A stretch of 64,000 bases of DNA from the human T2T-CHM13v2.0 reference genome, Homo sapiens: assembly GCF_009914755.1 (NCBI RefSeq), contig NC_060926.1. The stretch is one strand, 5' to 3'. The translations under genes were made by a program, and so were the position numbers. Position 1 is the first letter of the stretch. The number at the start of each line of letters is the position of its first letter. The notes beneath the pieces are model-generated. The model worked only from the letters and a program-made list of their open reading frames with translations. It ran no database searches and was not told where the DNA came from. Shown piece by piece: positions 13,035 through 25,708 of this stretch.

Positions 13035-13591
13035 AGATATTCCATTTGCTAACTTCCCTTTTGGAATATGGTGTTTTTTATTGTATGCCTGTTTGTCTTC
13101 AACCTGTATTAGTCACTAACTTGAGAGTGGTAAACATTAATTTTCCTTTTTCATCTGGCTAAAGGATGGAAATAATAAGTATGCATTTATTGATGACTCA
13201 AATTCATTTTTTTCTTATGATGATAAAATTTTTTAATAAATAGAGTACATTTTAGTTGGTGGTTTAGTAGAAAAAGAAATGAACGATTTTTCACTTGAGC
13301 TAAAAAGACCAGGGAAAGCTTGCATGGATAAGTGTGAAAACAGAGCAGCCACTTCACAGTTACAGCAGCAGAGACATTAAAATGATAAAGCCAACTGGAC
13401 TAAATCAAGTCAAAAGAGAGCAATAGAAGAAAGTTCTTATTGCTGTCAACCTGGAGGGTATTTCTATAATGGAATACTCGTTAAAGTTTGTCAAACACAC
13501 ACATGCAGCGTTTTTGCATTCTTCTCACTAGTTTTGCAAGGTTTAGCACCTTTTATAAGATTAGAAAATTGTTTCGATGTCATGACATAGT

Positions 13592-13909
13592 TGCAATGGT
13601 TTAAATGTTTGTGCTCCTCCGAAATTCATGTTGAAACTAATTCCCACTGTGGTGATATTAAAAGGTAGGGTTTTTAGGAGGTGTGTAGCTCATAAGGTCT
13701 CTGTCCTCATGAATGGAATTAGTATCCTTAAGAAAAAGGCTTGAGGGACCCTGTTTTCTTCTTTCTGCTTTGTGGGGACACATAGAAGGTGCAATCTATG
13801 AGGAACAGGCCCTCATCAGACACTGGTGACTTGATCTGGGACTTGTCAGATTCTGGAACTGTGAGTAATAAATTTCTTTTTGTTAAAGCAGCCCAGACAT
13901 ACTGAGACA
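13592..13909 (+). mobile_element. MaLR solo LTR (MLT1A-like)
   Basis: TG...CA ends (tgcaatggtttaaatgtttg ... actgagaca), internal AATAAA, 5-bp TSD ATAGT at 13587-13591 and 13910-13914. Confidence 0.88.
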
Positions 13910-13934
13910 ATAGTGAAATAAACTTTGGTTGTAA

Positions 13935-14050
13935 AAGGACATAGATTTGGTCCCAAATCCATGACCTTCCAGCTATGTGACATACACAGGTCATTTAAAA
14001 TCTCTAAGCCTTTGGTTCTTTGTGATAAAATGGAAAATGTAATCTTAAAC
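13935..14050 (+). mobile_element. MIR fragment
   Basis: 'agctatgtgac...gtcatttaaaatctctaagcct...taaaatgg' is the MIR core. A second weak MIR lies at ~14420-14600. Confidence 0.55.
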
Positions 14051-15057
14051 CCTCTGCATCAGTACTGGAATTAATAACATGCTGAATAAAAAGTGCAAGG
14101 ACAACATGTCTGTTCAGATGCTAATTCCCTTTCCCTCATTTGCATTTCTCTTTTGTTACTTCTCACAACTCCAAGGCATCCCAGGCAGGTGATCAGTGTA
14201 AAACCTCTGAGTATATATTAGTTCATCTTCTCCACATCGTTGCCAGTATAATACTTCTAACTTCAGATGCAATTACTCCCATGCATAAAACTGTGCAATT
14301 GCTTTCATTTCCTAGAAAATAAAATCCAAATAACAGCATATTATGAAAGGCCTTCTTCATCCAGTCCTTGCTTGTGTCACAATTCTTAATTCTAACTGCT
14401 TCAAAACACAATGAGAATAATGGCTAAAAGAACAGATTCTGACATTTTTCTGGACTTGGTTAATTGCAGCTTCATCACTTACCAGCTTTCTGATTTGGAG
14501 AAAAATACTAATCTCTTTTCATCCATAGTTTCAACTTTTATAAAATCAAAGCAATGATAATTGTGCTTCTTTATTTGAGCTGTGAAGAACATTAAATAAC
14601 ATTTAAAAAATTATTAGCTTTTATTACAAAATCAACTTTATTAAATTGACTGAATATACATTTTTGCTTCATGTATGTACCTGTGTACATGTTTGTTGTT
14701 GTTTTCTTCTTTGTTCTTCTTTCCTAGACTATCCTTCCCCTACTTTCTAAGAGAAGGAATAGCATGTATTATTCATTATTATAACAAAGTTATGCTTTTT
14801 GTTGTTTTCCTAAGTCAATACCTCCCTCCATGCAGGAAGGATCAAATATTCTTTTCTCAGTGTTTCTATGGCATTTTAATCATCACCTATAGTCAACTGT
14901 AAAATATTGTATACTAGTTGTTTAGGTGCTTTGTTTACACAGTACATATGTACTTGAAAGTACAAGGACTGAATCTTACACAATTCTGTCTCATCAGGTT
15001 AACAGGATCTTCCTATGTGATTGCCGATTGCTCAATAAATGTTTTTGGTTCTCTTCC

Positions 15058-17200
15058 TTTTTTTTACTCAAAGTATATTTATTGTGGCAAAACGCACGTA
15101 ACATAAAACTTACCATTGTAACTGTACTAAAGAATACCATTTATTGGAATTTTATACATTTACTAAGTTGTGCAACCATATAACTATCTAGTTTCAAAAC
15201 ACTTTTATCACCCCAAATGGTGATATAACAAAGTTATAAGGCATTCCCCAAATGGAATGCCTTACAAATTAAAGAATCAGTCCTAATTCTTTCTTCCTCC
15301 CATTTCTGAGGCAACCACTAATCCACTTTTTATCTTTATACATTTGTTGATTCTATGTAAGTAGAGTCATCTAATTTTGGTCCTTTTGTGTCTATTTTAT
15401 TTGACAAAATATTTTCAAAGCTCATCGATGTTGTAGTATATATTAGTTTTTCAGTCCTATTTATAGCTGAAAACTATTTTATTGTGTGGATATACCAGAT
15501 TATGTTTGCTTGTTCATCTGTTGATGAACATTCAGGCTATTTCTCCTTTAGGGTATTATGAATAGACCTGCTGTGAACATTCATGTACACATTTTTGTTT
15601 GAATACAGGGTTTCAGTTTTGGAGGGTATATGCCAAGGAGCGGAATTGTTTGGCCATATGGTAACTCTGCTTAGTTTATTGACAAGCCAACAAACTGTGT
15701 TACACAGTGCTGCATCATGTTACATTCTAAAAAGCAATCCATAAGCCTTCCAATTTATCTTCATCCTTGTTGTCTTAGTCCCTTTTCTGTTGCTATAACA
15801 GAAATCTGCGACTGCGTAATTCACAAAGGAAAGATAATTATTTAGCTCATCGTTCTAGAGCTGGAAAGTCTAAGATCAGATGGCTGCATCTGATGAGGGT
15901 AGTATTATGGCAGAAAAACATAGGGGAAAGCAGGCATGTGCAAAAAAGGCAAAAAAAGAATAAGTGGCCTCACTTTATAACAACTCAATCTTGCAGTAAC
16001 TAATCCAGTCCCAACATAATGAGAAGTCACTCACTTCTGCAAGAAATAACCCAGTTCCCCAAGAGCAGCATTAATTCCTTTAAATGACCTAATCATCTCT
16101 TAAAGGCACCACTTCCCCAACACTGCCACACTGAGGCAAAAAGTCCAACACATAATTCTGGGGAACACACTCAAACCATCACACTTGCCAATGCTTGATA
16201 TTTTAAATTATGTTTTATGTTGTCCTTCATAGTAGGTGTCATGAGGTTGCTCATTGTGGTTTTGATTTCCATTTCCCTAGAGACTAATGATATTGAGCAT
16301 CTTTCTATGTGATTGTTGGCCATTTGTATGTCTTCCTTCAACAACTCTCTGTTCAAGTCTTTTTCCCATTTTTAATTGATAATTTTGTCTTGTTATTGAA
16401 TTGTAATATTTCTTTTAAAATTCTAAATACTAGACCTTATCAGTTACAAGATTTGCAAATATTTTATCTCATTTTGTGGGTTTTCTTTTCAATCTCGTGA
16501 TAGTGTTCAACAGACAGGATTTAAAAAAATTTGGTGGTATGCAACTTACCAACTTTTGTTTCTGTTACTTCAGTTCTTGACGTCATATTTAAGGAACTAT
16601 TGCCAAATACAAGGTCACAATAATTTGCCTTTGATTTGTTCTGAGAATTTTGTACTTCGGGCTTTTATATTTAGGTTGTTGATCCTTTTTGAGTTAATTT
16701 TTATATGTGATTTGAGATAAGATATCCATTTGTTCTCTCCCCATTGGAAGGTCTCAGCATTCTTGTTGAAAATCAATTGACCATAGGTGTCTGAGTTTAT
16801 TTCTGGACTTTCAATTTTATTCCATTCATCTGTATTTGTATCTTTACAGCAGTACCATACCATTTTGATTATTGTATATTTGTAAAACTTTTGAAACAAC
16901 AGTGTATTGTGAGTCATCTAACTATTATGATTTTTCATCATGTTTTGCTGTTCATGGCCCCTTGCAATTCCATAGGAATTTTAAGATAAGTAAGTTTTTC
17001 CATTCTTCAAAAAAAGGCCATTGGGATTTTGATACAGAGTTTACTGAATCTGTAGATCAGTTTGAAGAGTCTTGCCATCATAACAATGTTACATTTTCCG
17101 ATCATGAACATAGTATTCCCTTTCATTTACTTGGGTCTTTTTAAAGTTATTTTATCAATATTTGTAGTTTTTATTGTAAAAGTCTTTCACTTCCTTGACT
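15058..17200 (-). mobile_element. L1MB-like 3' portion, interrupted by a MaLR LTR
   Basis: Antisense L1MB 3'UTR ('taacataaaacttaccatt...gttgtgcaaccat...atcacccc'). ORF2 remnants 16171..16356 and 16615..16917 (WNKIESPEIN, YGQLIFNK). Confidence 0.8.
15771..16183 (-). mobile_element. MaLR solo LTR (MST/MLT1A-like) nested in L1
   Basis: Starts tgtcttagtcc...gctataacagaa and ends caaaccatcaca. TSD cttgt/cttgc. The L1 text resumes on both sides. Confidence 0.85.
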
Positions 17201-18989
17201 CAATTAAACCAACTCCTGTTTAAATATATTCAGTTTGGGGAAAGTTGTCAAATTCTAATATAATTAATTCTGTTATACTGCTGAAACATTGTATCAAATT
17301 ATACCTTCTAGTAAATATTATAATTTTGTTAGCAGTCGTCATAATTTCTGAGAGAAACATATATTGATATTAAGTTGAACTTCAAAAAGCTCAGTAAATT
17401 TCAACTAACAAAAATATTACTAAAGCGAAAACACGGTGATAAAAAAATATGAGAAAGTAATGTGCACTTTGCATATTCATGATGATTGATAGTGGACAAA
17501 TATCTATCAATATATGGAGTTATGTGAGTTCATAAAATAAGAACATTTTCTACTTTAGAAAAAGTGAGGCTATGGAGTTCTTCCTGCTCTCTCTCTCTTT
17601 TTAATTTGAAACTATTCTATTTCTTTAAAATCATAAGCTTTATTAGTGGTAGTACGTTACAACACATTTTTCATCTCTAGGGAGAAGTTACACAAGTTTA
17701 AATCTGGAAATGAAAGAAAAACAGAAAATATGAGTATATTATTTTACTTACAGACATAAGTAAGTGAGATAAGATAGCCTTAGATAAGCTTTTTAGATGA
17801 ATTCAATAACTGAGTTTCCTCAGTTCTTTCCACAGCCGTACAAAAAAAACCAACAAACAAAGTTTTAAAAGAGTCATCAATTTTTACCAATTCTGGTAAA
17901 GAAATGGTGATGTAAATATAGGCAAAAATGAAGTTCTTAGAAGTAAAATCCACATAACCAGACTGAGGAACAGAATGTATTGATTACTCAAAATTAAATT
18001 TTTTCTAACACCATTTTGATATATGAGGTCTATACATATCCATAATTATTCTTTAAATTGAAACTTGAGACATTTGGATAGCTCAACAAACAACCCAAGG
18101 GCTGTTAGAGCATTTATGTCACATGAGTAATGTCTTAAGAAAAATGGCTATTGCTTCAGAGTGGGGAATTGAATTCAATTCTACCTAGTCTTCAAAGACG
18201 AATCATTATGACCATCTTTAAAAACAACCACCACGATATCAGGACTGTATCTGCCCCTTAGAACGCTTTAAAAGTTTGAGACAAAAAACAACAATCATGA
18301 TGATCCTGAAATGATAAAGGTTTCATAATTTTCTAAAGCTCTAATTACTAATTACCATTGAAATGAACCCACAGTCTCTTCTGGGCAGAGCAGTTCACTT
18401 TTCATTAGACTAATATTCATCAAGAAATAAAGTAATCTTTGTATCAACTTTGATCTAGGGTATTTTACAAACTTTTAATAATCTGAGGTCGGTCCAACTG
18501 ATAGTGATTGTAGCATTTGACGGTTTTATTATCTGAGTAAATTTATGAAGGAAAGTCCATATTGTATTTGATTGTGAACTTAAAAAAGAATCGATTACTT
18601 CCTCAGTGTATTTTATACAAAAATTGAATTCTATCCAAATTATGTGTTCTAAATTGTGTTGAATTGATGACCAGATTACTTGAGTAAAATTCTATATCTA
18701 AATAATATTAATAAAACTATGTTTCATATTAATAACAAGCTTATTACTGTTTTACATACATCAGCCTATTCTAGCCTCTCAATGAACTTGAGATGGGTAG
18801 TGTTTATAGATGAAATTTTTAAGGTTTGTTCTTCAACTCTGCAAAAGTCATTTTCCAAAGAGCCATCTCAATGAAAATGTAGTTATTGGGTCCTTTAGCA
18901 CTCAAGCTTCTCCATGGCTTCTGTATTTTCCTGCAAACGTAAAATTATAGTAAGTTGCACATAAGACATTGACAGATGTAATTTTTTAT

Positions 18990-19410
18990 CACTTTTCTAC
19001 TTCCCCACTTAGATTCTGAAATTTTCTAAGACAGAGCCTATATTTATTCATATTTGTATTTCCAGGATCAGGTTGCGTTAATCACAATGTAGGCACTCAG
19101 TAGATGTTTCTTAAATGAAGGAATAAATCTGAAGCTGACCAGCAAGCCCTTTCTGGTTTTCCAAAACAAGCCAAACAAATCAGTCTGCATTGGACGTTCT
19201 CACAGTGCACTGTTTGGTTCTATCATAGTTCATATCACATTACATTATATTTCATTGTTTTCTTGACAGCTCCCACCCCCACCCCACCTAGGCCATACAA
19301 ATGTAAGGTTTTGAGGGAAAAGTTTCTACTCTGAACACCTGTGAACCCCTAGTCCTAGCAAAGTGTTTGGCACAGCAAGGGCTCAGTAAATATTTACGAA
19401 ATGAGTATGT
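18990..19410 (+). mobile_element. Two L2 3'-end remnants
   Basis: 'gtaggcactcagtagatgtttcttaaatgaa' and 'ggcacagcaagggctcagtaaatatttacgaaatgagt' resemble L2 3' termini. Confidence 0.5.
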
Positions 19411-20562
19411 GGGCAAAAATGTCTTTGTATCTTCATCATTTTACATCTTGATGAGGAGAAGTTTTATGATAATAGTGGAGAAGGGGAGAAGAAATATTAA
19501 CATGATAGCACATAGATAATTTAAAGCTAAGAGTAATATATACATTTTAAAAGCTCGATTGCATTTTAGATTTTCCACTCTGAACATAAATCTAAACCTT
19601 CCTAGGAGAGACCAAGAATGTTCATAGGAATGGTCTCCTCCAGGATAAAGCTGGGAGGAACGTCCTCATTGCCTAAAAGAACCAGCAGTGCCTGAATAAG
19701 GATGGAGCTGTGCCCTTGCCAGAGGAGAACAAAGGGATAGAAAGGTCCAGAGGAAGCACAGAACCAGAAAGGGAGTGTGGTCAGAGAGAGAAAGGGCACT
19801 CGGGTTCCCAGTGAAGGCAGATGTGATGTGGGCTGAAAGATGAGCAATGGAGAAAGTTAACAAATTAACTGCTCCACTGTCTGCCCTGTAAGTTGTGATG
19901 ATGAACAGCAACAATGCCTCTCTCTGTAATAGCATATTGCTCCAGGGTGCAACTTAGTGCAACTTAGATGGGTTGCACATGAACAGAAAAGTTTTTACAA
20001 TTTGTCCTTGTAGTTTTGAATATCCCTTGAAGATATTCACGATAGGAGAGAGACCAAGCAGTTAGAGCAGCTTTGGAAAGCCTGATTCTCAGAGAAGGGC
20101 TGCAAAATCCCAGTGTCAACTCAGAAATACAACAGAACGCTCCACATGGGCTGGCCAGTCTGAGGATGCATCGTCTTAAACCAGGCTTCCTGGAGGCCTG
20201 TGTGGGTAATGGACAGAAAATCCATCCATTTCAAGAGCAGGACTATAGAAAGGTCTGCTGATAGAACCGTTTTGAAAGCCTGGCTTTAACTCATTCAGAT
20301 TGAACTATGCTATGAAACCACACATTAGAGAGCTTCTCCGGCTTATTCTTTGGGTGAACACATCTTGATTTTCCTTTGTCTAATCCGGAGGGTCTGATAG
20401 CACAAAATACATTTTTCTTTCCTTAGCTTTGTATTCTACAGTTCAGAACTTCAGTACAACCTCACTCACTCATGGACAGCCCATGTTCATTTTCAGGACC
20501 CTGGTAATGTGTCCCAAAGTGCAGCTCAAAACGCTTCCTGTCAGTTCCAGCCACATCAGGGC

Positions 20563-20768
20563 CTTCCCCCACCTCCTGCTCCTCCACCTCCCCACTCCAC
20601 GGCTCCCCACTCCTGTCCCCACCCCCTGCTCCCCCACCTCCTCACTTCCCCACCTCCCCATTGTTCCCCTACCTCCTTACCTCGCCACCATCCTACTCCC
20701 CCCTCTCCCTCCCCCACTTCTCCACTCCCCCACCTCCCCATTCCCCCACCACCCCGCTCCCCTACCCT
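20563..20768. repeat. C-rich low-complexity tract (G-rich on the minus strand)
   Basis: About 200 bp of degenerate (CCCCA/CTCCC)n with many C3+ runs and few CpGs. Confidence 0.9.
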
Positions 20769-20909
20769 GCAGCCAATGCACAGCTGTTGCTCTTTTCAAA
20801 TGTGAGGGAAATGCCAGGTGCTCCCACCACCAAGCCATCCCATTGCTGTCCTTCCCCCTCCACTGTTTTGGAAAAATAACTAAATAAATCTGGCCATTGG
20901 TGTCTGCTT

Positions 20910-20960
20910 GTATTACTGGTAGAGGGTGTCCAGGTTCTTGGCATCTTGAACAAAGAATTG
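20910..20960 (-). mobile_element. Short ERV1 LTR terminal fragment (MER51/MER57-like)
   Basis: 'tattactggtagagggtgtccaggttcttggcatcttgaacaaagaattg' matches the recalled antisense 3' terminus of these LTRs. Confidence 0.55.
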
Positions 20961-21194
20961 CCCTTCCACTGAAGAGCAATACCAGGTCTTATTTATTCCT
21001 TCACCAATTGATGGACATTTGGAGTGTTTCTAGATTTTGGCTATTATTATAATGCTACTTTGAACATACATGTGCTCATAATTGTGTAGACATATGTTTT
21101 TATTTATCTTGACTGGATAATTAGGAGTAGAATTCATGGGTCACTGGTGAGCTTATGTTTAACTTTGTAAGGTTTTAATGGAACTGACAAACTA

Positions 21195-21613
21195 TAGTTG
21201 ACTTTTGTGTCTGCAGGTTTTGTATCTGCAGATTGAACCAATCTGGGATCAAAAATATTTGGAAAAAAAAAAAACTTCTTGTCTATGGAAAGTAACAATA
21301 TACCAGTAAAAGTAATACACATTTAAAAAGATAGTATAAGAACTGCTTGCATAGCCTTTATGTTGTATTAGGTATTATAAGTAATCCAGAGATAATTTAA
21401 AGTATAGGATATAGATAAAGTATATCTAGAGATGATATAAAATATATATTTTGCAACTTTTAATGGCAAAAAGCACAATTACTTTTGTCCCAACCTAATA
21501 TTTGTAGGGTTATATGCAAAGATCATGTCATTTTTTTATCAGGGGCTTGAGCATAAGCAAATTTTGGTATCCGTGGAGGTCCTAAAACCAATCCCTCTTC
21601 CTGAGGGACAGCT
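21195..21613 (-). mobile_element. MER2 (Tigger-derived MITE)
   Basis: Ends 'ggggcttgagcat...attttggtatccgtggaggtcct...accaatccc...gagggacagct', the reverse complement of the MER2 5' end. TA-flanked. Confidence 0.85.
21456..21498. mobile_element. Half MADE1 (Hsmar1 mariner MITE) inside MER2
   Basis: 'acttttaatggcaaaaagcacaattacttttgtcccaacctaa' matches one Hsmar1/MADE1 terminal inverted repeat. Confidence 0.85.
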
Positions 21614-21710
21614 TTATTTCCAAAATGGCTGCATCATTTTACATTCCTACAAGCAATATGAGGGTTCCAAATTCTTCAGTTTTGTCAAGGCGTTTTCTTT
21701 TTATTTTGTG

Positions 21711-21850
21711 TCTTCTTCTCCCCTCCTCCCCCTCCTCCTCTCTCCCTCCCTCCCCTCTCTCCCTCCCTCCTTTCCTTCCTTCCTTCCTTCTTTCCTTCCT
21801 TCCTTCCTTCCTTCCTTCCTTCCTTCCTTCCTTCCTTCCTTCCTTTTTCC
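21711..21850. repeat. Polypyrimidine (CCT/CCTT)n tract
   Basis: Read directly. A second CT-rich tract lies at ~23126-23255. Confidence 0.95.
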
Positions 21851-24389
21851 TACCAGCATTTCCTTAAGGACTAATAATGCTGAACATCTCATGTTCATAT
21901 TAGCTGTCCATATATCTTACTTTGTAAAACGCCTATGCAAACATTTTGCCTACAGTTAAATTGGGTTATTTCTCTTCTTTATATTGAGTGGAAAGTCTTC
22001 TTTATATATCCTGGAGACAAGTTCTATTCAGTGCTCAGACATATAATAAGAAAATATTTGCTACAATCAGATATATGAGTTTAAAATGTTTTATGTGGCT
22101 TGACCTTTTAATTCCTTAATGGTGTTTTTTAAGTCAGATGTTTTAATTTTGATGGAGTTTAATGTACTAATTTTGTCTTTTTTGGATTGTGTTATAGATA
22201 TAATCACTGATAGCTCTCTATATAACTCAAGGTAAATGAAAACTTTCTCCTTCATTTTCTTCCATAAATTTTATAGCTTAAGCTCTTATATTTAGGTCTA
22301 GAATCTATCTTGAGGGAATGTTTTGTGTGTGGCATGAGGTGAGAATCGAAATCTGTCCTTTGTACTTGGATATCAAATTGTTTCAGAATTATTTATTGAA
22401 GAGACTATCCTTTGTCAATTAAAATGTATTGGGCCTTTTGCTGAAAATTGGTCAGCCGTAATGCAAGTTTATTTCTGAATTCTCAGTTATGTTTTGTTAA
22501 TTCATATGTTTATCCTCATGCAAGTACCACATTATCTTAATTACTTTGTATCTTTTACAGTAACTTTTAAAATTGTTTATTGTATCTCCTACAACCTCCT
22601 TTTCTAAATTGTTTTTCTGATTCTGTATTTTTTGACATTCACTATATATTTTAGCATAAGCTTGTCAATTTCTATAAAACAGCCTGCTGGGGTTTGATAG
22701 GAATTATGTAAAGTCTACAGATAAACTTGAGGAAAATTACTATCTTAACCTCATTGAATATTCTAAATCCTTAGCTTAGAATATCCACCCATTTATTCAG
22801 ATTTTCTTCAATTTTTCTCAGCAATGTTTTTTAATTTTCAGTAAGCAAGTCCTGTAATTTTGAATATTAAATTTATATCTAAGCATATTATTTGATAATT
22901 CTGTGAATGATTTTTTAAATTTTGTTTGAATTAGTAGTTGTTTATATATTGAAAAATTCATTAATTTTTGTAAAGTAATACATCTCGTGACCATGTTTAA
23001 CTCATTAGTGCTAGCATTTTTTAAAAATGGATTACTTAAATTTTTCTATCTAAAAGATCATGTCATCTGTAAATAAAAAATGTTATATACTTGATTTTCT
23101 CCAATCTGGATGTCTTTAACCCCTTGCCTTTCTCTCTCTCTCTTTATCCTTCCTCCTTCCTTTCTCCTTTCCTCCTCCCTCCCTTCCTCCCTCTCTCCCT
23201 CCCTCTTCCTTCCTTCCTTTCCTCTCTCGTTCTCTCTCTTTCTTTCCTTTTCTTGTTCCACTGAATAGAATCTTCTGTAAAATGCTGAACAGAGGTCATG
23301 AGAGTGGACATCTCTGCCTGGTTCCTAATTGTGTGAGGTAGAGGACATTCAGTCTTTTCCAATTAAATATAATATGAACCACAGTATTTTCACTGATGCT
23401 TTATATGAAATTGAGATAATTCCTTTCTTTTCTTAGTTTCTTGAAAATGTTTATTATAAATATGGGTTAAAGTTTGCCAAATGCTTTTCCTATATCTATT
23501 TTTTCTATTATATTAATATAATGTTATATATTTTTATTTTTAAATGTTATACCCAACCTGCTTTTGGAGAATAAATTTACTTTATCTTGTTATTTTATAT
23601 GCTGGTGGACTAGGTTTGCTAATGTTTATTAGGATTTTGTGTCTATGTTAACAAGAGGTATTAAATTATAGTTTAATTATTCTATGTGTGTGTGCAATGT
23701 CTCTGTCTGGATTTGGTTTCAAGTTAACGCTGGCCTTATGGAATAATATGAATAGTGGACACTATTTCCTATTTTCTGAGAGAGTTTGTAAAATATTGGT
23801 ATAGTTTAATTTACAGATTCGTGTGTGTGTGTGTGTGTCTTTGCCACATAGAGTCGGGTATTAATTCACTATAGTAATTTTTTCTTAAAGTTTTAGTTAT
23901 TGTAGTTTTCAAATCTGAAATTTTTACCAGGTCATTTATAAAATAATTATCACAGTAACTAATGCTCTAGTTATTGAGCTATTTTCATCACATTTTCTTT
24001 AATTCCTAAAAATGGTTTTGTTTAGTTATTTTTCCCCCAATATATTTAAAGTAGCTTGCTTAGATTTTTTTTTCCTAAGCCCAATATTTATGCCATCTCT
24101 GTGACAGTTTTTGTTACATGGTTTTGATTTGCTTTTTTTTAATAGTAGGAAAAAATTTTACTGTTTCTTTCCTTGTCTCATAATTTTTCATTGGAACCTG
24201 AACCTTTTCATAAAATAGTTCTACTTTGTGGATTCAGATCTTTTGTCCCTCAAGGATTGTTGTTGAATTTTTGAATTCATCTTTTGTTTCTATAATGACT
24301 TGTGTGTACTAAATCTATAGATTCTGTTCCCCATGGCATGTGGCTGCTGATGTTTCTGCTCAATTGAAAGTGTGTGTGTGTGTGTGTGT

Positions 24390-24732
24390 AATCTTGTATC
24401 ACTTAACAATGGGAATGCATTCTGAGAAATGCATTGTTAGGAAATTTCCACACTGTGTGAACATCATAGAGTGTGCTTACACACACCTAGATGGTATAGC
24501 ATCTACACACCTAGGCTATATGATGTAGCCTATTGTTCCTGGGCTACAAACTTGTATAGCATGGGACTATACTGAGAACTGTTGGCAATTGTAACACAGT
24601 GGTAAGTATTTGTGTATTTGAATATATCTGAACATAGAACAAAATATAGCAAAAACATGATACTGTAATCATATGGGACCACTATTATATATGCTGTCTG
24701 TGTTGGCTGAAACACTAAGTGGCACATGACTC
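24390..24732 (-). mobile_element. Tigger3a (MER7A-type) non-autonomous DNA transposon
   Basis: 'cattctgagaaatgc...gaacatcatagagtgt...cctagatggtatagc...tacacacctaggctata...atgggaccac...gcacatgact', ~340 bp. Confidence 0.88.
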
Positions 24733-25708
24733 TGTGTGTATGTATAATTATTACTGTTATTTTTTGCCTGGCTTCCTAGGGTCATCTTTGTGTCTGAATA
24801 GCATATTGGTGAGCCGGTCATTAATCAGAGGTTGTGGTCTAACACCTCAAAAGAATAAGTCTTCCATTGTATGACAGTGGATCTCTGTGGGTCAGGGGAC
24901 ACTTTCAATGGTTCAGTAGGTTTGGAGTCTCTTCCTTCTTTAATTTTGTTGTGCATGCTCATATGTCCTCTACAGATAATCACAGGCCAAAGTGAGGAAT
25001 GTGTGAAGATCTTGGCCTCTCTGAAGTCTCATAGACATATGGAAGCTCACCAAGGACCCCATATCTGTCTCATTTCTTGGATGTCCCTGATAGATGCCTG
25101 AGGGTTCTGCCATTCTGTTTGCCTGAATCCATGCCACATCTTCATTCTTGCTGAGTCACTTTTCTTCTGTAGATTCATCATCAATGTTGCTCTTGTTACT
25201 GATAGTGCTGCTTGAGCATGGTGTCTTACGTTGTTCTACTTCATATCAGGTCAGGCTCCTCTGGCAAAGACTTTCAGTTTTTTTCTCCTCTGGTAGAACT
25301 ATCACTGTGACTCAGCTGTGGTGGGGGAAGGGCGAAGCCCCAAGTAAGGATGCCACAGGCTCCCACCCTTCTTCCTCAAAATCCAGTTGTTTCTTTACAG
25401 TAAATGACCACTTCTTAGTTCAACGTTTGCTTTGGTCAATTTCCAGAGTCCTGATGGGGTGATTGTTGGCAGTAATGTCCAGTTTTATTAATTATATTGC
25501 CACACTGGAAGTCCCACTTCACAAAAGTTTTTGGTTTTGCTCTTTTACATTTTAAAAGGAGCAGTTTTCAGCACTGTATACTGTAAATTGGCATTCCTGA
25601 TGTGGCATACTATGTTCTTTGATGTGAGTATGCATGGTCCTATGTCAGTAAAGAGGAATTGAACCAACCTCACTTTAGGAAATTGAGAAGGAATTTCTCA
25701 GGAAAGTA

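Larger units (their letters stand above)
20985..25510 (-). mobile_element. Long, heavily decayed old L1M element(s) carrying nested insertions
   Basis: Antisense ORF2-like text throughout (e.g. 'gatggacatttgg...tttggctattat', 'ctaaaagatcatgtcatctgtaaata'). ORFs 23058..23362 contain IQIGE and QAEMSTL remnants. 5'UTR-like sequence ~24760-25510. Confidence 0.65.

Noticed and set aside
20429-20979. Overlapping Pro-rich and Gly-rich ORFs
   Set aside because: They are a by-product of the C-rich low-complexity tract, which lacks stop codons.
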